Sequence record: SRR31156797_6791
DNA: 34,327 bases
Reading direction: 5' to 3' (one strand)
Shown here: positions 17,559 through 27,449 of the stretch, in pieces
Position numbering within the stretch: position 1 is the stretch's first letter
Layout of the letters: each line of letters begins with the position of its first letter
The notes under the pieces: generated by a model
The model's database searches: none
What the model saw: only the letters and a program-made list of their open reading frames with translations
What the model was told of the DNA's origin: nothing
Made by a program: the position numbers and the translations under genes

Positions 17559-19037
17559 TTACAATTTATCTATCGCAGCCTTCCATCTTTCATAGGCTTC
17601 CATGGTAGCCTCAATTTCAGAAGGATTTGGTTCAGTTGAATCCACTTTTTTAAGGCCTCCGAAGGCTTCTTCAAATGACTGATATATTCCTGCACCCACT
17701 CCTGCACCTCTGGCTGCACCCGCTGCTCCGTCAGTATTATAAAGCTCAATGGTTGCGCCAGATACATTTGATACCGTATTTTTAAACAAAGGACTTAAGA
17801 ACATATTCGCTTTTCCAGCCCTGATAACATCGCACTGAATGCCCATATCGCTCATAATATCCATTCCATATTTAAATGAAAAAGCAATTCCTTCCTGCGC
17901 AGCACGATACATATGAGCCGGTGTGTGAATATTAAAGTTTAAGTGATTTATTTGAGAACCGTAATCCACATTCTTCAGAATACGCTCTGCACCGTTTCCA
18001 AATGGAAGAATGGTTAAACCGTCAGATCCGATAGCTACCTTAGCTGCCATTTCGTTCATTTCTGCATAGCTAACTTCTTTCCCAACATTCTTATTCATCC
18101 ATGAATTCAAAATACCAGTTCCATTGATACACAAAAGAACTCCTAAGCTTGGATTTGGCATTTGATGGTTGACATGAGCAAAAGTATTGACCCTGGAATC
18201 ATTGTCATATACATTTTTATCTGTTACTCCATACACCACTCCGGAAGTTCCTCCTGTAGCAGCTACCTCTCCCGGATTCAATACATTTAATGAGAAAGCA
18301 TTATTTGGTTGATCTCCTGCTCTGTATGTAACCTTAATACCTTTGGGTAAACCAAACTCATCTGCTATTTTATCTGTGATAGTTCCCTGATCTCCGAATG
18401 AAGTTTTTGCTTCCGGAATAAATGATTCATCTAAACCATAATAAGACATTAATTTATCTGACAAACCATCTTTTGTAAATTCCCAAAACACACCTTCTGA
18501 AAGTCCGGACATGGTAGTTAAAGCCTCTCCTGTAAGCTTATAAGCTATATAATCTCCGGGAAGCATGATTTTATCTATTCTTTCATACAATTCAGGTTCA
18601 TTTTCCTTCACCCATTTTAACTTAGATGCAGTAAAATTACCCGGAGAATTTAAAAGGTTTTGAAGACACCAGTCGTGACCTAAATCGTCAAAAGCCTTAT
18701 TCCCATATTCAGCAGCACGGCTATCACACCAAATAATAGATGGTCTGATAACGGAGCCTTTTTTATCAATTAATACCAATCCATGCATTTGATATGAGAT
18801 ACCAATAGCCTTAATTTCATCCTTTTTCACTTCTGGATGTGCAAGAGCCTTTTGGCAAGCCAACTTTAAATTTTCGAACCACAGCTCTGGTTCTTGCTCT
18901 GCCCAACCTGGCTTTAAAGCTTTGATTTCCATTTCTCTTTCGGGATATTGAGCCGAAGAAATCGTTTCACCCTTATTCACGTCAAGCACAGAAACTTTAA
19001 CGGATGAACTTCCTATATCAAATCCTAATAATTGCAT
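17559..19037 (-). CDS. xylB: Xylulokinase (FGGY family)
   Basis: GFDIGSSSVK, ISYQMHG, IIWCDSR, AGDQPNNA, GNGAER; upstream of xylA. Confidence 0.95.
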   Translation of the reverse strand: MQLLGFDIGSSSVKVSVLDVNKGETISSAQYPEREMEIKALKPGWAEQEPELWFENLKLACQKALAHPEVKKDEIKAIGISYQMHGLVLIDKKGSVIRPSIIWCDSRAAEYGNKAFDDLGHDWCLQNLLNSPGNFTASKLKWVKENEPELYERIDKIMLPGDYIAYKLTGEALTTMSGLSEGVFWEFTKDGLSDKLMSYYGLDESFIPEAKTSFGDQGTITDKIADEFGLPKGIKVTYRAGDQPNNAFSLNVLNPGEVAATGGTSGVVYGVTDKNVYDNDSRVNTFAHVNHQMPNPSLGVLLCINGTGILNSWMNKNVGKEVSYAEMNEMAAKVAIGSDGLTILPFGNGAERILKNVDYGSQINHLNFNIHTPAHMYRAAQEGIAFSFKYGMDIMSDMGIQCDVIRAGKANMFLSPLFKNTVSNVSGATIELYNTDGAAGAARGAGVGAGIYQSFEEAFGGLKKVDSTEPNPSEIEATMEAYERWKAAIDKL

Positions 19038-19074
19038 CGTCTATATTTTAATCTGTTCTGGTCTGTTCTGCTTG

Positions 19075-19105
19075 CAAATTTACATGCATTTTTGATTCAA
19101 ACAAA
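19075..19105 (-). promoter_or_regulatory. Bacteroidota sigmaA promoter (-33/-7) of the xylose operon
   Basis: Minus strand TTTG (19105-19102), 19-nt spacer, TAAATTTG (19082-19075). Confidence 0.65.
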
Positions 19106-19227
19106 CGTTCAATCTATTTTTTTACCATTACTTTTTCTTTTGATAAGGAAAACCAAGGAATAATCTGGCCAGTTTAAAAGAGGCAATACTCTAATTTAGA
19201 ATTATTATACATAAAGATTCAGAGCAT

Positions 19228-19262
19228 AAAAAAAGCCCTGAAATAATTTTCAAGGCTCTTTT
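19228..19262 (-). terminator. Rho-independent terminator of the helicase gene
   Basis: aaaaaaagccctgaaa/tttcaaggct inverted repeat; T7 run on the minus strand. Confidence 0.8.
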
Positions 19263-19280
19263 CTATAATTAAATATCTTA

Positions 19281-20519
19281 CTACTTCTTCTTTTTTCTTT
19301 TCTTCCCTTTCATTGCAAAATCATCGTGATCATCAATCAAGGTCTTCCAATCGGCATGACTCTCTGCAGAAAAATCGATAGTATGAGAATAATCTTCCTT
19401 TTCTATTTCCAATCTCTTGATGGGTTTACCCAGAAAGCCTTCAATCTCTTTTAAAATATCCATTTCATGCTCACTACAGAACGATACAGCCAATCCTTTT
19501 TCCTTTCCTCTACCTGTACGTCCAACACGATGCACATAGTTCTCTGTCATATCTGGTAAATCATAATTTACCACATACTCAACATTAGGAATATCAATCC
19601 CTCTGGCACTTACATCTGTGGCAATTAACACTTTCACTTCTCCTTTTCGGAAAAGATCCAGTACTTTTTTGCGTTCTTCCTGCTCTTTACCTCCATGTAT
19701 AGACCGTGCTTGAATTCCCACCCGGTTCATTGCCTTCTCCACTCTTTCGCTTCTTACCTTGGTTCTAACAAACACCAATATTTTACGACCATCGTTTTCC
19801 TTGATTAAACGTTCTAAGAAAAAACGTTTATCATCCATATTAATAAAAGTAACAGAATGATCAATATTACGCGCCACCGGATCTTTAGGAGAAACCTGAA
19901 TTCGAATAGCGTTTTTTACCAGAGAATAAGCCAGCTTTTTAATGGTTTCATTTATAGTTGCCGAAAAGAACAAGGTTTGTTTCTTTTTAGGCAGATAGGT
20001 CATTAAATCCCTGATATCTTTAATAAATCCTAAATCAAGCATATGATCTGCTTCATCCAGAATTAAGATCTCTGTTCTGTTTAGTTTGATAAATCCCCTA
20101 CTGGCTAAATCAAACATTCGGCCGGGTGTGGCAATTAATACATCGATACCTTTTTCGAGCTTAGCTATCTGAGGCCCTTCTTCCACACCTCCAAATACAC
20201 AAAATGATTTTACCTTAGTGTGTTTTCCAATGGTTTCAAATACCTGATGGATTTGCATAGCCAACTCACGTGTTGGAACCATCACCAGGCACTTAATACC
20301 ATCACCACGTCCCTTAATTTTACGAACATGCAACTGATGAATGACCGGAATGGCAAAAGCAGCCGTTTTTCCTGTACCGGTTTGCGCAATTGCCAACACA
20401 TCTTCACCTTTTAATATGGCAGGTATCGACTTAAATTGTATATCTGTTGGACGGCGATAATCCAGTTTAGCTAAACTTGTTTTAATCTCCGATGCAATAG
20501 AATAATCCTCAAACTTCAT
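19281..20519 (-). CDS. DEAD-box RNA helicase (RhlE-like)
   Basis: Q motif PTDIQ, AQTGTGKT, PTRELA, TPGR, DEAD, SAT, ARGID, HRVGRTGR; -7 element TATCTTTG at 20549-20542. Confidence 0.97.
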   Translation of the reverse strand: MKFEDYSIASEIKTSLAKLDYRRPTDIQFKSIPAILKGEDVLAIAQTGTGKTAAFAIPVIHQLHVRKIKGRGDGIKCLVMVPTRELAMQIHQVFETIGKHTKVKSFCVFGGVEEGPQIAKLEKGIDVLIATPGRMFDLASRGFIKLNRTEILILDEADHMLDLGFIKDIRDLMTYLPKKKQTLFFSATINETIKKLAYSLVKNAIRIQVSPKDPVARNIDHSVTFINMDDKRFFLERLIKENDGRKILVFVRTKVRSERVEKAMNRVGIQARSIHGGKEQEERKKVLDLFRKGEVKVLIATDVSARGIDIPNVEYVVNYDLPDMTENYVHRVGRTGRGKEKGLAVSFCSEHEMDILKEIEGFLGKPIKRLEIEKEDYSHTIDFSAESHADWKTLIDDHDDFAMKGKKRKKKK

Positions 20520-20812
20520 AACCAAAAACTCTTTAACTCGGCAAAGATACTTTATAATCTAGTAAAGCAAAACCTTAATTGTATTTGTTATATTAAATGC
20601 ATTCAACGCTATCAACGAATAAAAACAAATCATTTAACATTATGAATGTAATTTACTGCATTACCAACTCTTTAATTAAGTAATACACTTATTTATTAGA
20701 CTTTATAACCGGATAATTAAAAATTATTAATTCGTCATATTTTTACACCAAAAGTCTTTTCTTTCAGTAATGTTCTTCGTAAATTAAATTTTGAATCCAA
20801 AAATTTATAGCG

Positions 20813-21112
20813 ATGGAAAAGTGGGCACGAAAATTTCAATTAATCCTTAATAAACGCGATGCTTTATTAAGTCAGCTTAACGAGTTAACCAATAACACAT
20901 TCTCGTATCAAAGCATTAAACGCTTAACAATCAATAGCTTCAAAGATGCTAATGCTAAAATTATTTTTGCTAAGCTAAGCAATGCGATAAAAGAATATGA
21001 AGAAGCATTAGCAGAAAGAGATGATAAAATGTTTAGTAAATTTTTGGATAGTTTAATCCATGAAAAATCACCTACCAAAGAAAGTCGAAATTGGTGTGCA
21101 TTCAGGTATTAG
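20813..21112 (+). CDS. Small hypothetical protein, predicted helical
   Basis: 99-aa ATG-started ORF filling an otherwise empty gap; no recognised motif. Confidence 0.6.
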   Translation: MEKWARKFQLILNKRDALLSQLNELTNNTFSYQSIKRLTINSFKDANAKIIFAKLSNAIKEYEEALAERDDKMFSKFLDSLIHEKSPTKESRNWCAFRY

Positions 21113-21118
21113 GTAAAC

Positions 21119-22564
21119 TTAATTGCAAACAAATCCGGCAGGTAAAGAAACGGTGAATTTTGTTCCTTTTCCGGGATTGCTTTCTACTTTAAGTTTTCCT
21201 TTATTAATATCCATCATTTCTTTACTTAAAATCAAACCTAAACCCGTACCCTTTTCATTATTTGTACCTAAGGAAGAAATGGTGTTGTTAAGACAAAATA
21301 GGTTATCTAACTGATTTTCGTTCATTCCTATTCCACTATCAACGATTTCGACAATACAGGTATTTTCTTTTAGTCTGACATTAAAATTGACAACACCATT
21401 ATCTGGCGTAAACTTAATGGCATTTGAAAGTAGGTTCCTTAATACGGTTTCAAACATATGCTCATCTGCATAAGCATATACCTCTCCATCAATATTATAA
21501 TTCACTTTTAATTTTTTGGCTGCCCATGCTTCAGATTGCTGATCAATAACCCTGCAGATTACTTTTTCCATAGGTAATTTAACTGGTCTCGGATCAAGGC
21601 TTTTACTTTGCGATTTACTCCAATCCATCAGATTGCTTAACATTTCTAATCCATTGTTGGCCGTTTTATGAATGGCATACAATGATTCCAACATGCCTTC
21701 TTTATCGATATGATGAAAATCGTGTAACAAGAATTCTGACAAAGAACTCTGCACACATAAAGGAGATCTTAAGTCATGGCCGATAATTGAAAACAATTTA
21801 TCTTTTGTTGCAACAAGTTCTTCTAATTCTTTATTTTGTTGCTCAATTACATCTTTTTGCCTGTTTAGTTCTTTGGTTAATTGTTCCTGAAGCTTCCAGT
21901 TTTGAATGGCCAATTCTTTTCTTTGCGTTTCCAGAGCCAATTTAATTTCAATTTCTCTGCGTTCATTATTTACCGCATTTTGCTTTTCCACCAAACGGTT
22001 TATCATTTTAGGAATACTAAACATGAAATACCCCATTAAAATGAAGTAAACACTCCTATAAAAAGCTCCTTCCGGTCCGGCAGATGCCACCTTTGATATT
22101 AATTCAGTATCAATTTGAGGGTATCTGATAAAGTAAATCAGGTTTGAACATACAACAATAAGACCCGTGGTATATACCACCAATTTACCATTATACCTTA
22201 GTACCGAAAGCATAATTAAAACGGCATACAAAAACAAAGAAGGTGCAGTTGCTACTGCAATCGGTGTAAAAAAGTAAGAATAATTAAAAATGTGAGCAGA
22301 CAGAACGATTACATCAATAGTAGACGAAACGTATGGAATCCATTCGGGATAATCATACTTTTTTAATAAAACATTTATCCCAAAGTTATAAATAATATAA
22401 ACCACCGCCAGAATAAGCGACACTGTACCACGCTCTATTTCTCCTGAAAGAAAAATATAAGCTATTAAAACTATTATGGCTGCAATTAATATCCAACGAA
22501 ATCGAATTACCTGCCGCTCTCCCCATGCTGCGTCATCGTTAGAAAGAAAAGAATGATATCTCAT
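21119..22564 (-). CDS. Membrane-bound sensor histidine kinase
   Basis: About 5-6 N-terminal TM helices, coiled coil, H-box IIGHDLRSP, N-box RNLLSNAIKF, G1 DSGIG, G2 GTGLGL. Confidence 0.95.
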   Translation of the reverse strand: MRYHSFLSNDDAAWGERQVIRFRWILIAAIIVLIAYIFLSGEIERGTVSLILAVVYIIYNFGINVLLKKYDYPEWIPYVSSTIDVIVLSAHIFNYSYFFTPIAVATAPSLFLYAVLIMLSVLRYNGKLVVYTTGLIVVCSNLIYFIRYPQIDTELISKVASAGPEGAFYRSVYFILMGYFMFSIPKMINRLVEKQNAVNNERREIEIKLALETQRKELAIQNWKLQEQLTKELNRQKDVIEQQNKELEELVATKDKLFSIIGHDLRSPLCVQSSLSEFLLHDFHHIDKEGMLESLYAIHKTANNGLEMLSNLMDWSKSQSKSLDPRPVKLPMEKVICRVIDQQSEAWAAKKLKVNYNIDGEVYAYADEHMFETVLRNLLSNAIKFTPDNGVVNFNVRLKENTCIVEIVDSGIGMNENQLDNLFCLNNTISSLGTNNEKGTGLGLILSKEMMDINKGKLKVESNPGKGTKFTVSLPAGFVCN

Positions 22565-22731
22565 ATAATTTTATAGGTAGTTTTTAAAGACTTAACGTTC
22601 AAAATTACGATTTTTTTTCAAAATAAAAATAATGATGTTTTAAAAGTTATAATGGTTAATAAGGCCATATAAAAAGGCGCCTAGTTTATTAAAAAAGCCG
22701 TACATTGCGCTCTTATTTTACCGTAGTTGGC

Positions 22732-23451
22732 ATGGACAATAAACAGCAAAACGCACAGGAAAAACAAGCAAATCTTACTTTTTATAAAGATGGATATTCC
22801 ATTGCATCGCAAGCTATAACTAATTTTGATAGTTTAACTCCTTTATTCAAAGGAATACAAGCGCAGTATAGTGCAATCAGTCAGCTTACACAGTCGTTTG
22901 CCATGCGAACACATCAACAAAATAAACCTATTGCCTGCCAAAAAGGATGCAGCTGGTGCTGTCATCAACCGGTTTATATGACTACTCAGGAAGCCTTATT
23001 GATTTATGAATATTTACTTCAGGCAGTAAGTGATGAGCAAAGAAAAGCTTTTCAGTTTAAAGCCGAGAAGAAACTCAAAAAAACAAAAGGCTTAACAGAA
23101 GAGAAAAAACAAAAAATCGTCCATCCTTGCCCTTTTTTAGTTGATGATTCATGCTCCATCTACCCGGTTAGACCTATGGCCTGCAGAATTTATTTATCAT
23201 CTGATGTGCAATCCTGTAAAAACAAATATGATCACCCGGGAGATAAAGTCATTCCTGCTATTTTTGATTTTATATTACGAACCGGTCGTTATATGAACGA
23301 AGGATTTGTTGGCTTTTTAAAAGGGAAAGGTCGAAAAATGGAGGAATATACCATTGAAGAGTTTATGGTTAAGCTTTTTAAAGATCCGGACTTTTATAAA
23401 AAATGGCTCACTGAAGATTATTTTGGAGACGAAGAAAATAGTAAGTCTTAA
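22732..23451 (+). CDS. YkgJ-family (CxxCxxCC) zinc/Fe-S cluster protein
   Basis: CQKGCSWCC, CPFL..DSCSIYPVRPMACR. Confidence 0.88.
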   Translation: MDNKQQNAQEKQANLTFYKDGYSIASQAITNFDSLTPLFKGIQAQYSAISQLTQSFAMRTHQQNKPIACQKGCSWCCHQPVYMTTQEALLIYEYLLQAVSDEQRKAFQFKAEKKLKKTKGLTEEKKQKIVHPCPFLVDDSCSIYPVRPMACRIYLSSDVQSCKNKYDHPGDKVIPAIFDFILRTGRYMNEGFVGFLKGKGRKMEEYTIEEFMVKLFKDPDFYKKWLTEDYFGDEENSKS

Positions 23452-23672
23452 AACTGAAATATATTTAAATCAAATAACTGATTGGCCCCAACCAACGAAA
23501 ACAATAATCCTAATAAGGCATAAAATATACGCGCACCTGTTAGACCGAACCAATTAACAAACACTTTGGCTTTACGTTGCTTAAAAAAATAGTTCCAGTT
23601 AAAAATTGATGCCAACAAAACCAAAACTCCAAAACCTAAAAACAACGCATTTAAAAAACTACTTTTTTCCAT
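23448..23672 (-). CDS. Small two-TM protein, Imm17 immunity-family-like
   Basis: SIFNWNYFF...FG..GARIFYALLG pattern, recalled as typical of Imm17. Confidence 0.7.
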   Translation of the reverse strand: MEKSSFLNALFLGFGVLVLLASIFNWNYFFKQRKAKVFVNWFGLTGARIFYALLGLLFSLVGANQLFDLNIFQF

Positions 23673-23712
23673 TTTACCACCTTTCTTTTCTTAAAAATTC
23701 ACCGGAATTAGC

Positions 23713-25851
23713 TTAGTATTTCCAGCTTCCTGTCCGTTTACCTTTTTTAAATTGACCTTCTATTTTAGTTATCCCATTCTGATAATAATAGAACGCATCT
23801 CCCCATCTTTCTCCATCTTTAAACGCAATACGAGCCTTTACATTACCATCTGTATAAAATTCCTTATACTCACCTTCAATAATATCATCCTTAAAATCAA
23901 TTTCGGCTTTAATAATATGCTCTTTATTATCGTAATAAAAAATAGCTGATCCATTTACCAATCCATCCTCATACGGCACTACTGATTGAATATTACCGGA
24001 AGTATAATAGGCTTTCCACATACCTTGCAACACTCCTTCTTCCAATTCCCCTTCATAAACCAATACACTATCCTGAACACTCTCGGGATGAGTCAAATAA
24101 TAATCCAACGAACCGTTATATGTTGCAAATTCATCACCCAAATCAACTTTAAATTCCAAACTGTCAAAATCTTCAATTATTAGCTCTTCTGCCGAAAGGT
24201 TAAGTTTTTCAAGTGCTATATTTAGCATTTCACTGGTATCTTGCTTGGCAAAAACTTCGGTTCGAATTAAGTTATTATCAGGATACATCTGAACTCCAAG
24301 CAAGCCGATGTTTTGCATTAGGTCTCTGTACTTTTCCAGGTTAGCTCTTTCCTGCTTATTGGAATAATAATACAAATGTTCGTATAAACGATGCATGTTC
24401 ATATAAGCCGTGATCGCAGCCTGACTGTTTAAATGTTCATCAAACTTTTTAAAAGATGAATTCCGTTCTAAAGTATTTCCAACCAAATAATTATCAATAA
24501 CCTGCATGAGTAATCCGGAAGAATTACTAAATACAACATAATCTTCTACGATAGTATAATATGGTTTTTCTCTGTTACGAAAGAAGTTACCTATCATAAT
24601 TTTGAAAAATCCACTTACGTTTAAAAAGTTAATTTGATGATTTTTATAATCCATCTTTTTAAACCTTACCGTAGTTCTGTTTTTAATTTTTTTGGCTATT
24701 TCATCTAACTCCGTGGAGGCTTTTTGAATATCATTTGCCTTTATAGCGACCACAAAGTCCAGTTCTCTTGAATTATCGGAAGGTCGTAATTTGGCTAATG
24801 CAATTTCACCATCCATCCATGAAAAGACATTCTCTTTTATATTAATTCCTAAAAATGATTCCGTTAAACGAATACCACTCATGTAAGTTGAATAACCAAT
24901 GGCATCGAGATTAGCGTATTGTAGCAAAAAGTCATCGTAAAATCCATCAAAATCACTAACATTAAAATTAGCATATAATACCGCTCCGGACGGTATTACC
25001 CTATCAGCATTTCTAGTTCCTGATTCAGCCTTTAACAATGGTAAAAACATAGAAGGAATAGAATCTAAACAACTCGAATATCCATCTAGAATAAAAGAAG
25101 TTGAACCAAAATCGCCTCCTAAATTGGCAAAACCTAAACCTTTTAAATACCTGCCATAGTCTCCTTTATTTAAAGCTTTTGTTAATCCCGGTATGTTTAC
25201 ATATACATTGAACTGGCGCTTTTCAAATACGGTATAAATTTCATTGTTTTTAATGGTTTGTTCACCTCCGTTTTTAAAACGATTTTGAATAGTTTTTTCC
25301 AGTAACTCATACGATAAACTCCCCACCAGCAAATTATCGATTGTTGCCAGATGAATGGTTTTATTTAATTCTTCCACCACCACAGAATACATTCTAACAC
25401 TATCTACTACATGATCCCTTATCGGTAATTTAAATGCAGAAGCAATTTTTGGAATCGGATTTAGTTTCCCATATTTCCTGATATCAACTACATATAGAAA
25501 ATCGCTTTTAAATCTTGAAAGTTGATGCATAGAAACTGCCACCTTCTGATCTTGTAATACAGCAGCCAACAACTTATTTTCCTGAACAGCATCATTAAAT
25601 GATTTTAAGCTCTCATTAAACTCAGAAAACAATTCTCCCTGAATAATCGAATTCCAATAAGCAGAATGTGTCAATTCCACCATTAATTCGGATATATTCT
25701 CAGATTCTGTTATTACAACGGCATCATCGGGAATTAAAGCTAAAGGAGACCTTTGTGCTGTTCCTCCAAAATGGAAATAGACAAAAAAGCCGATTACCAC
25801 CAGAATTATAGCGATTAACAGAACTCCAAAAAACTTAAAAAATTGCTTCAT
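23713..25851 (-). CDS. Membrane-anchored DUF3352-like protein with C-terminal MORN-variant (YwqK-like) repeats; probably shortened by a nonsense codon
   Basis: N-terminal TM anchor then LIPDDA; long alpha/beta region with WMDGEIAL and YVVFSNS; C-terminal G.W..YY.NG repeats. The frame continues to TAA 23674-23676. Confidence 0.75.
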   Translation of the reverse strand: MKQFFKFFGVLLIAIILVVIGFFVYFHFGGTAQRSPLALIPDDAVVITESENISELMVELTHSAYWNSIIQGELFSEFNESLKSFNDAVQENKLLAAVLQDQKVAVSMHQLSRFKSDFLYVVDIRKYGKLNPIPKIASAFKLPIRDHVVDSVRMYSVVVEELNKTIHLATIDNLLVGSLSYELLEKTIQNRFKNGGEQTIKNNEIYTVFEKRQFNVYVNIPGLTKALNKGDYGRYLKGLGFANLGGDFGSTSFILDGYSSCLDSIPSMFLPLLKAESGTRNADRVIPSGAVLYANFNVSDFDGFYDDFLLQYANLDAIGYSTYMSGIRLTESFLGINIKENVFSWMDGEIALAKLRPSDNSRELDFVVAIKANDIQKASTELDEIAKKIKNRTTVRFKKMDYKNHQINFLNVSGFFKIMIGNFFRNREKPYYTIVEDYVVFSNSSGLLMQVIDNYLVGNTLERNSSFKKFDEHLNSQAAITAYMNMHRLYEHLYYYSNKQERANLEKYRDLMQNIGLLGVQMYPDNNLIRTEVFAKQDTSEMLNIALEKLNLSAEELIIEDFDSLEFKVDLGDEFATYNGSLDYYLTHPESVQDSVLVYEGELEEGVLQGMWKAYYTSGNIQSVVPYEDGLVNGSAIFYYDNKEHIIKAEIDFKDDIIEGEYKEFYTDGNVKARIAFKDGERWGDAFYYYQNGITKIEGQFKKGKRTGSWKY

Positions 25852-25966
25852 GTTTTTAATCTTTCTTTTTTGTTTCCAAATGAAACTTTCCAAGTCAATC
25901 GTTCTATTCTGCGAGAAGAAATGTTTCTTGGCTCGTTTCAAGTATTATATTATTTAGTCCTATCTC

Positions 25967-27085
25967 TTAGTTATAGAATTTTATACAAATAGGATTCTCA
26001 ACCACTTTTTGCACAGATACTTTAGATAAGGAACCGGTATCTTGATTTATTCGAAAAACGACAATGTTATTTAAATCCCGATTAGCTACCAATAAAAACT
26101 GACCACTTGGATCGATGGCAAAATTACGTGGCCATTTGATTTCATCACTTACAAATTCTTTAAATACCAATTCTTTACTGTTCACCTTAAAAACAGCAAT
26201 ACAACCAAACCCTCTATTGGAAGCATATAAAAACTTCCCATTAGGTGTAAAGTGAATATCTGCCGCTTTGGCAAAACCATTAAATGTATCTGGTAACAAA
26301 CTTAGTGTTTGTAATTCTTTTCTATAAATTCCGGTTGAATCTTTTTCAAATGTAGTGATTGAACAATCTAACTCATTTAAAACTGCTAAAAACTGTCCTT
26401 GTGGTGAAAAGTCGAAATGTCTTGGACCATAGCCTGGATTACACATTACGGAATCAATCTTAATCAATCCTGTCTCTTTCATTTCATAAACCATTAATTT
26501 ATCTGCACCTAAATCTGCGGCATACAAGTTTGTACTAAATGGATCCACATCAATGGAATGTGCATGTGGTTTCTCTTGCCTATCCTTGTTAGGCCCCGAT
26601 CCCTCATGCTTTACCGAATTTAGAAAGCTTAATTTACCATCTTCATTTATAAACGATGTAACATCACCAGAAGCATAATTCGCAGTAAAGACAGACTTTT
26701 TATCATTTGATAATGAAACATAACATGGGTGAATTCCGGGAACAGTAACTGTTGAGATCAAACTGTGCTTAGCTCCGTTTTCTTTTATTTTGTATGCATT
26801 TATAATATAAGAAGTCTCCTTTCCATACTTTTGATCACCTGTTGCAAATAAAATATTATTGTCTGCATCTATTTCTAAAAAATTGGGATTAAGCATTGGA
26901 GCTACCAACTGAGGTTGTGACAAAGCACCTGTAAGCGTATCTAAATAACAATACTGAACTCCCGATAAGGAATCATTATTAGAACTACCAATATACATTA
27001 ATACAGATGTATTATTTGTATTTGTAACTTCGCATGCAATGCATAAAAAGAACAAAGTGATTATTCCCAGAAAACTCCTTTTCAT
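25967..27085 (-). CDS. Lactonase, 6-phosphogluconolactonase/cycloisomerase 7-blade propeller family; probable lipoprotein
   Basis: ANYASG, RQEKPHAH, ADLGAD, GPRH, LYASNRG, WPRNF; lipobox-like LCIAC. Confidence 0.92.
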   Translation of the reverse strand: MKRSFLGIITLFFLCIACEVTNTNNTSVLMYIGSSNNDSLSGVQYCYLDTLTGALSQPQLVAPMLNPNFLEIDADNNILFATGDQKYGKETSYIINAYKIKENGAKHSLISTVTVPGIHPCYVSLSNDKKSVFTANYASGDVTSFINEDGKLSFLNSVKHEGSGPNKDRQEKPHAHSIDVDPFSTNLYAADLGADKLMVYEMKETGLIKIDSVMCNPGYGPRHFDFSPQGQFLAVLNELDCSITTFEKDSTGIYRKELQTLSLLPDTFNGFAKAADIHFTPNGKFLYASNRGFGCIAVFKVNSKELVFKEFVSDEIKWPRNFAIDPSGQFLLVANRDLNNIVVFRINQDTGSLSKVSVQKVVENPICIKFYN

Positions 27086-27278
27086 ATGTTTAAATTTTAC
27101 TCTGTATTGCCAATTGGAACTCGCCAACTTTAATACTTTCTACATGTGAGAATCGAAGATTATTAAAACTAAAGGTTTTCCCATGATTCTTTTCTTCTTA
27201 GTTTCTCATTAAAATCGCTTAAAGATAATCAAACAAAACGCTCTATAAAGCAAAGCGTATATTGAATATTCGTACAAA

Positions 27279-27400
27279 TGTTCATTTTCGTACAGCACAT
27301 TGTCTCACCCCCGAACAACTTTCTTATTATTAAGTATTTAAAATCCTCATTCTAACTACCTATAATACTAACCTTTACATTTTATGGCACATGCATTGAT
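27279..27400 (+). promoter_or_regulatory. Sigma54-type -24/-12 promoter with upstream TGT-N10/11-ACA enhancer sites
   Basis: TGTTCATTTTCGTACA 27279-27294; TGTCTCACCCCCGAACA 27301-27317; TGGCACATGCATTGAT 27385-27400. Confidence 0.72.
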
Positions 27401-27449
27401 TAACCCTTATCGTACTGATACTTGAAATAATAATTAAAAACATATAGTC

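Noticed and set aside
191-23715. TAA stop-codon reassignment suggested by two in-frame TAA codons
   Set aside because: The two sites imply different amino acids (Leu and Tyr), and most intact genes here end in TAA at their expected C-termini.
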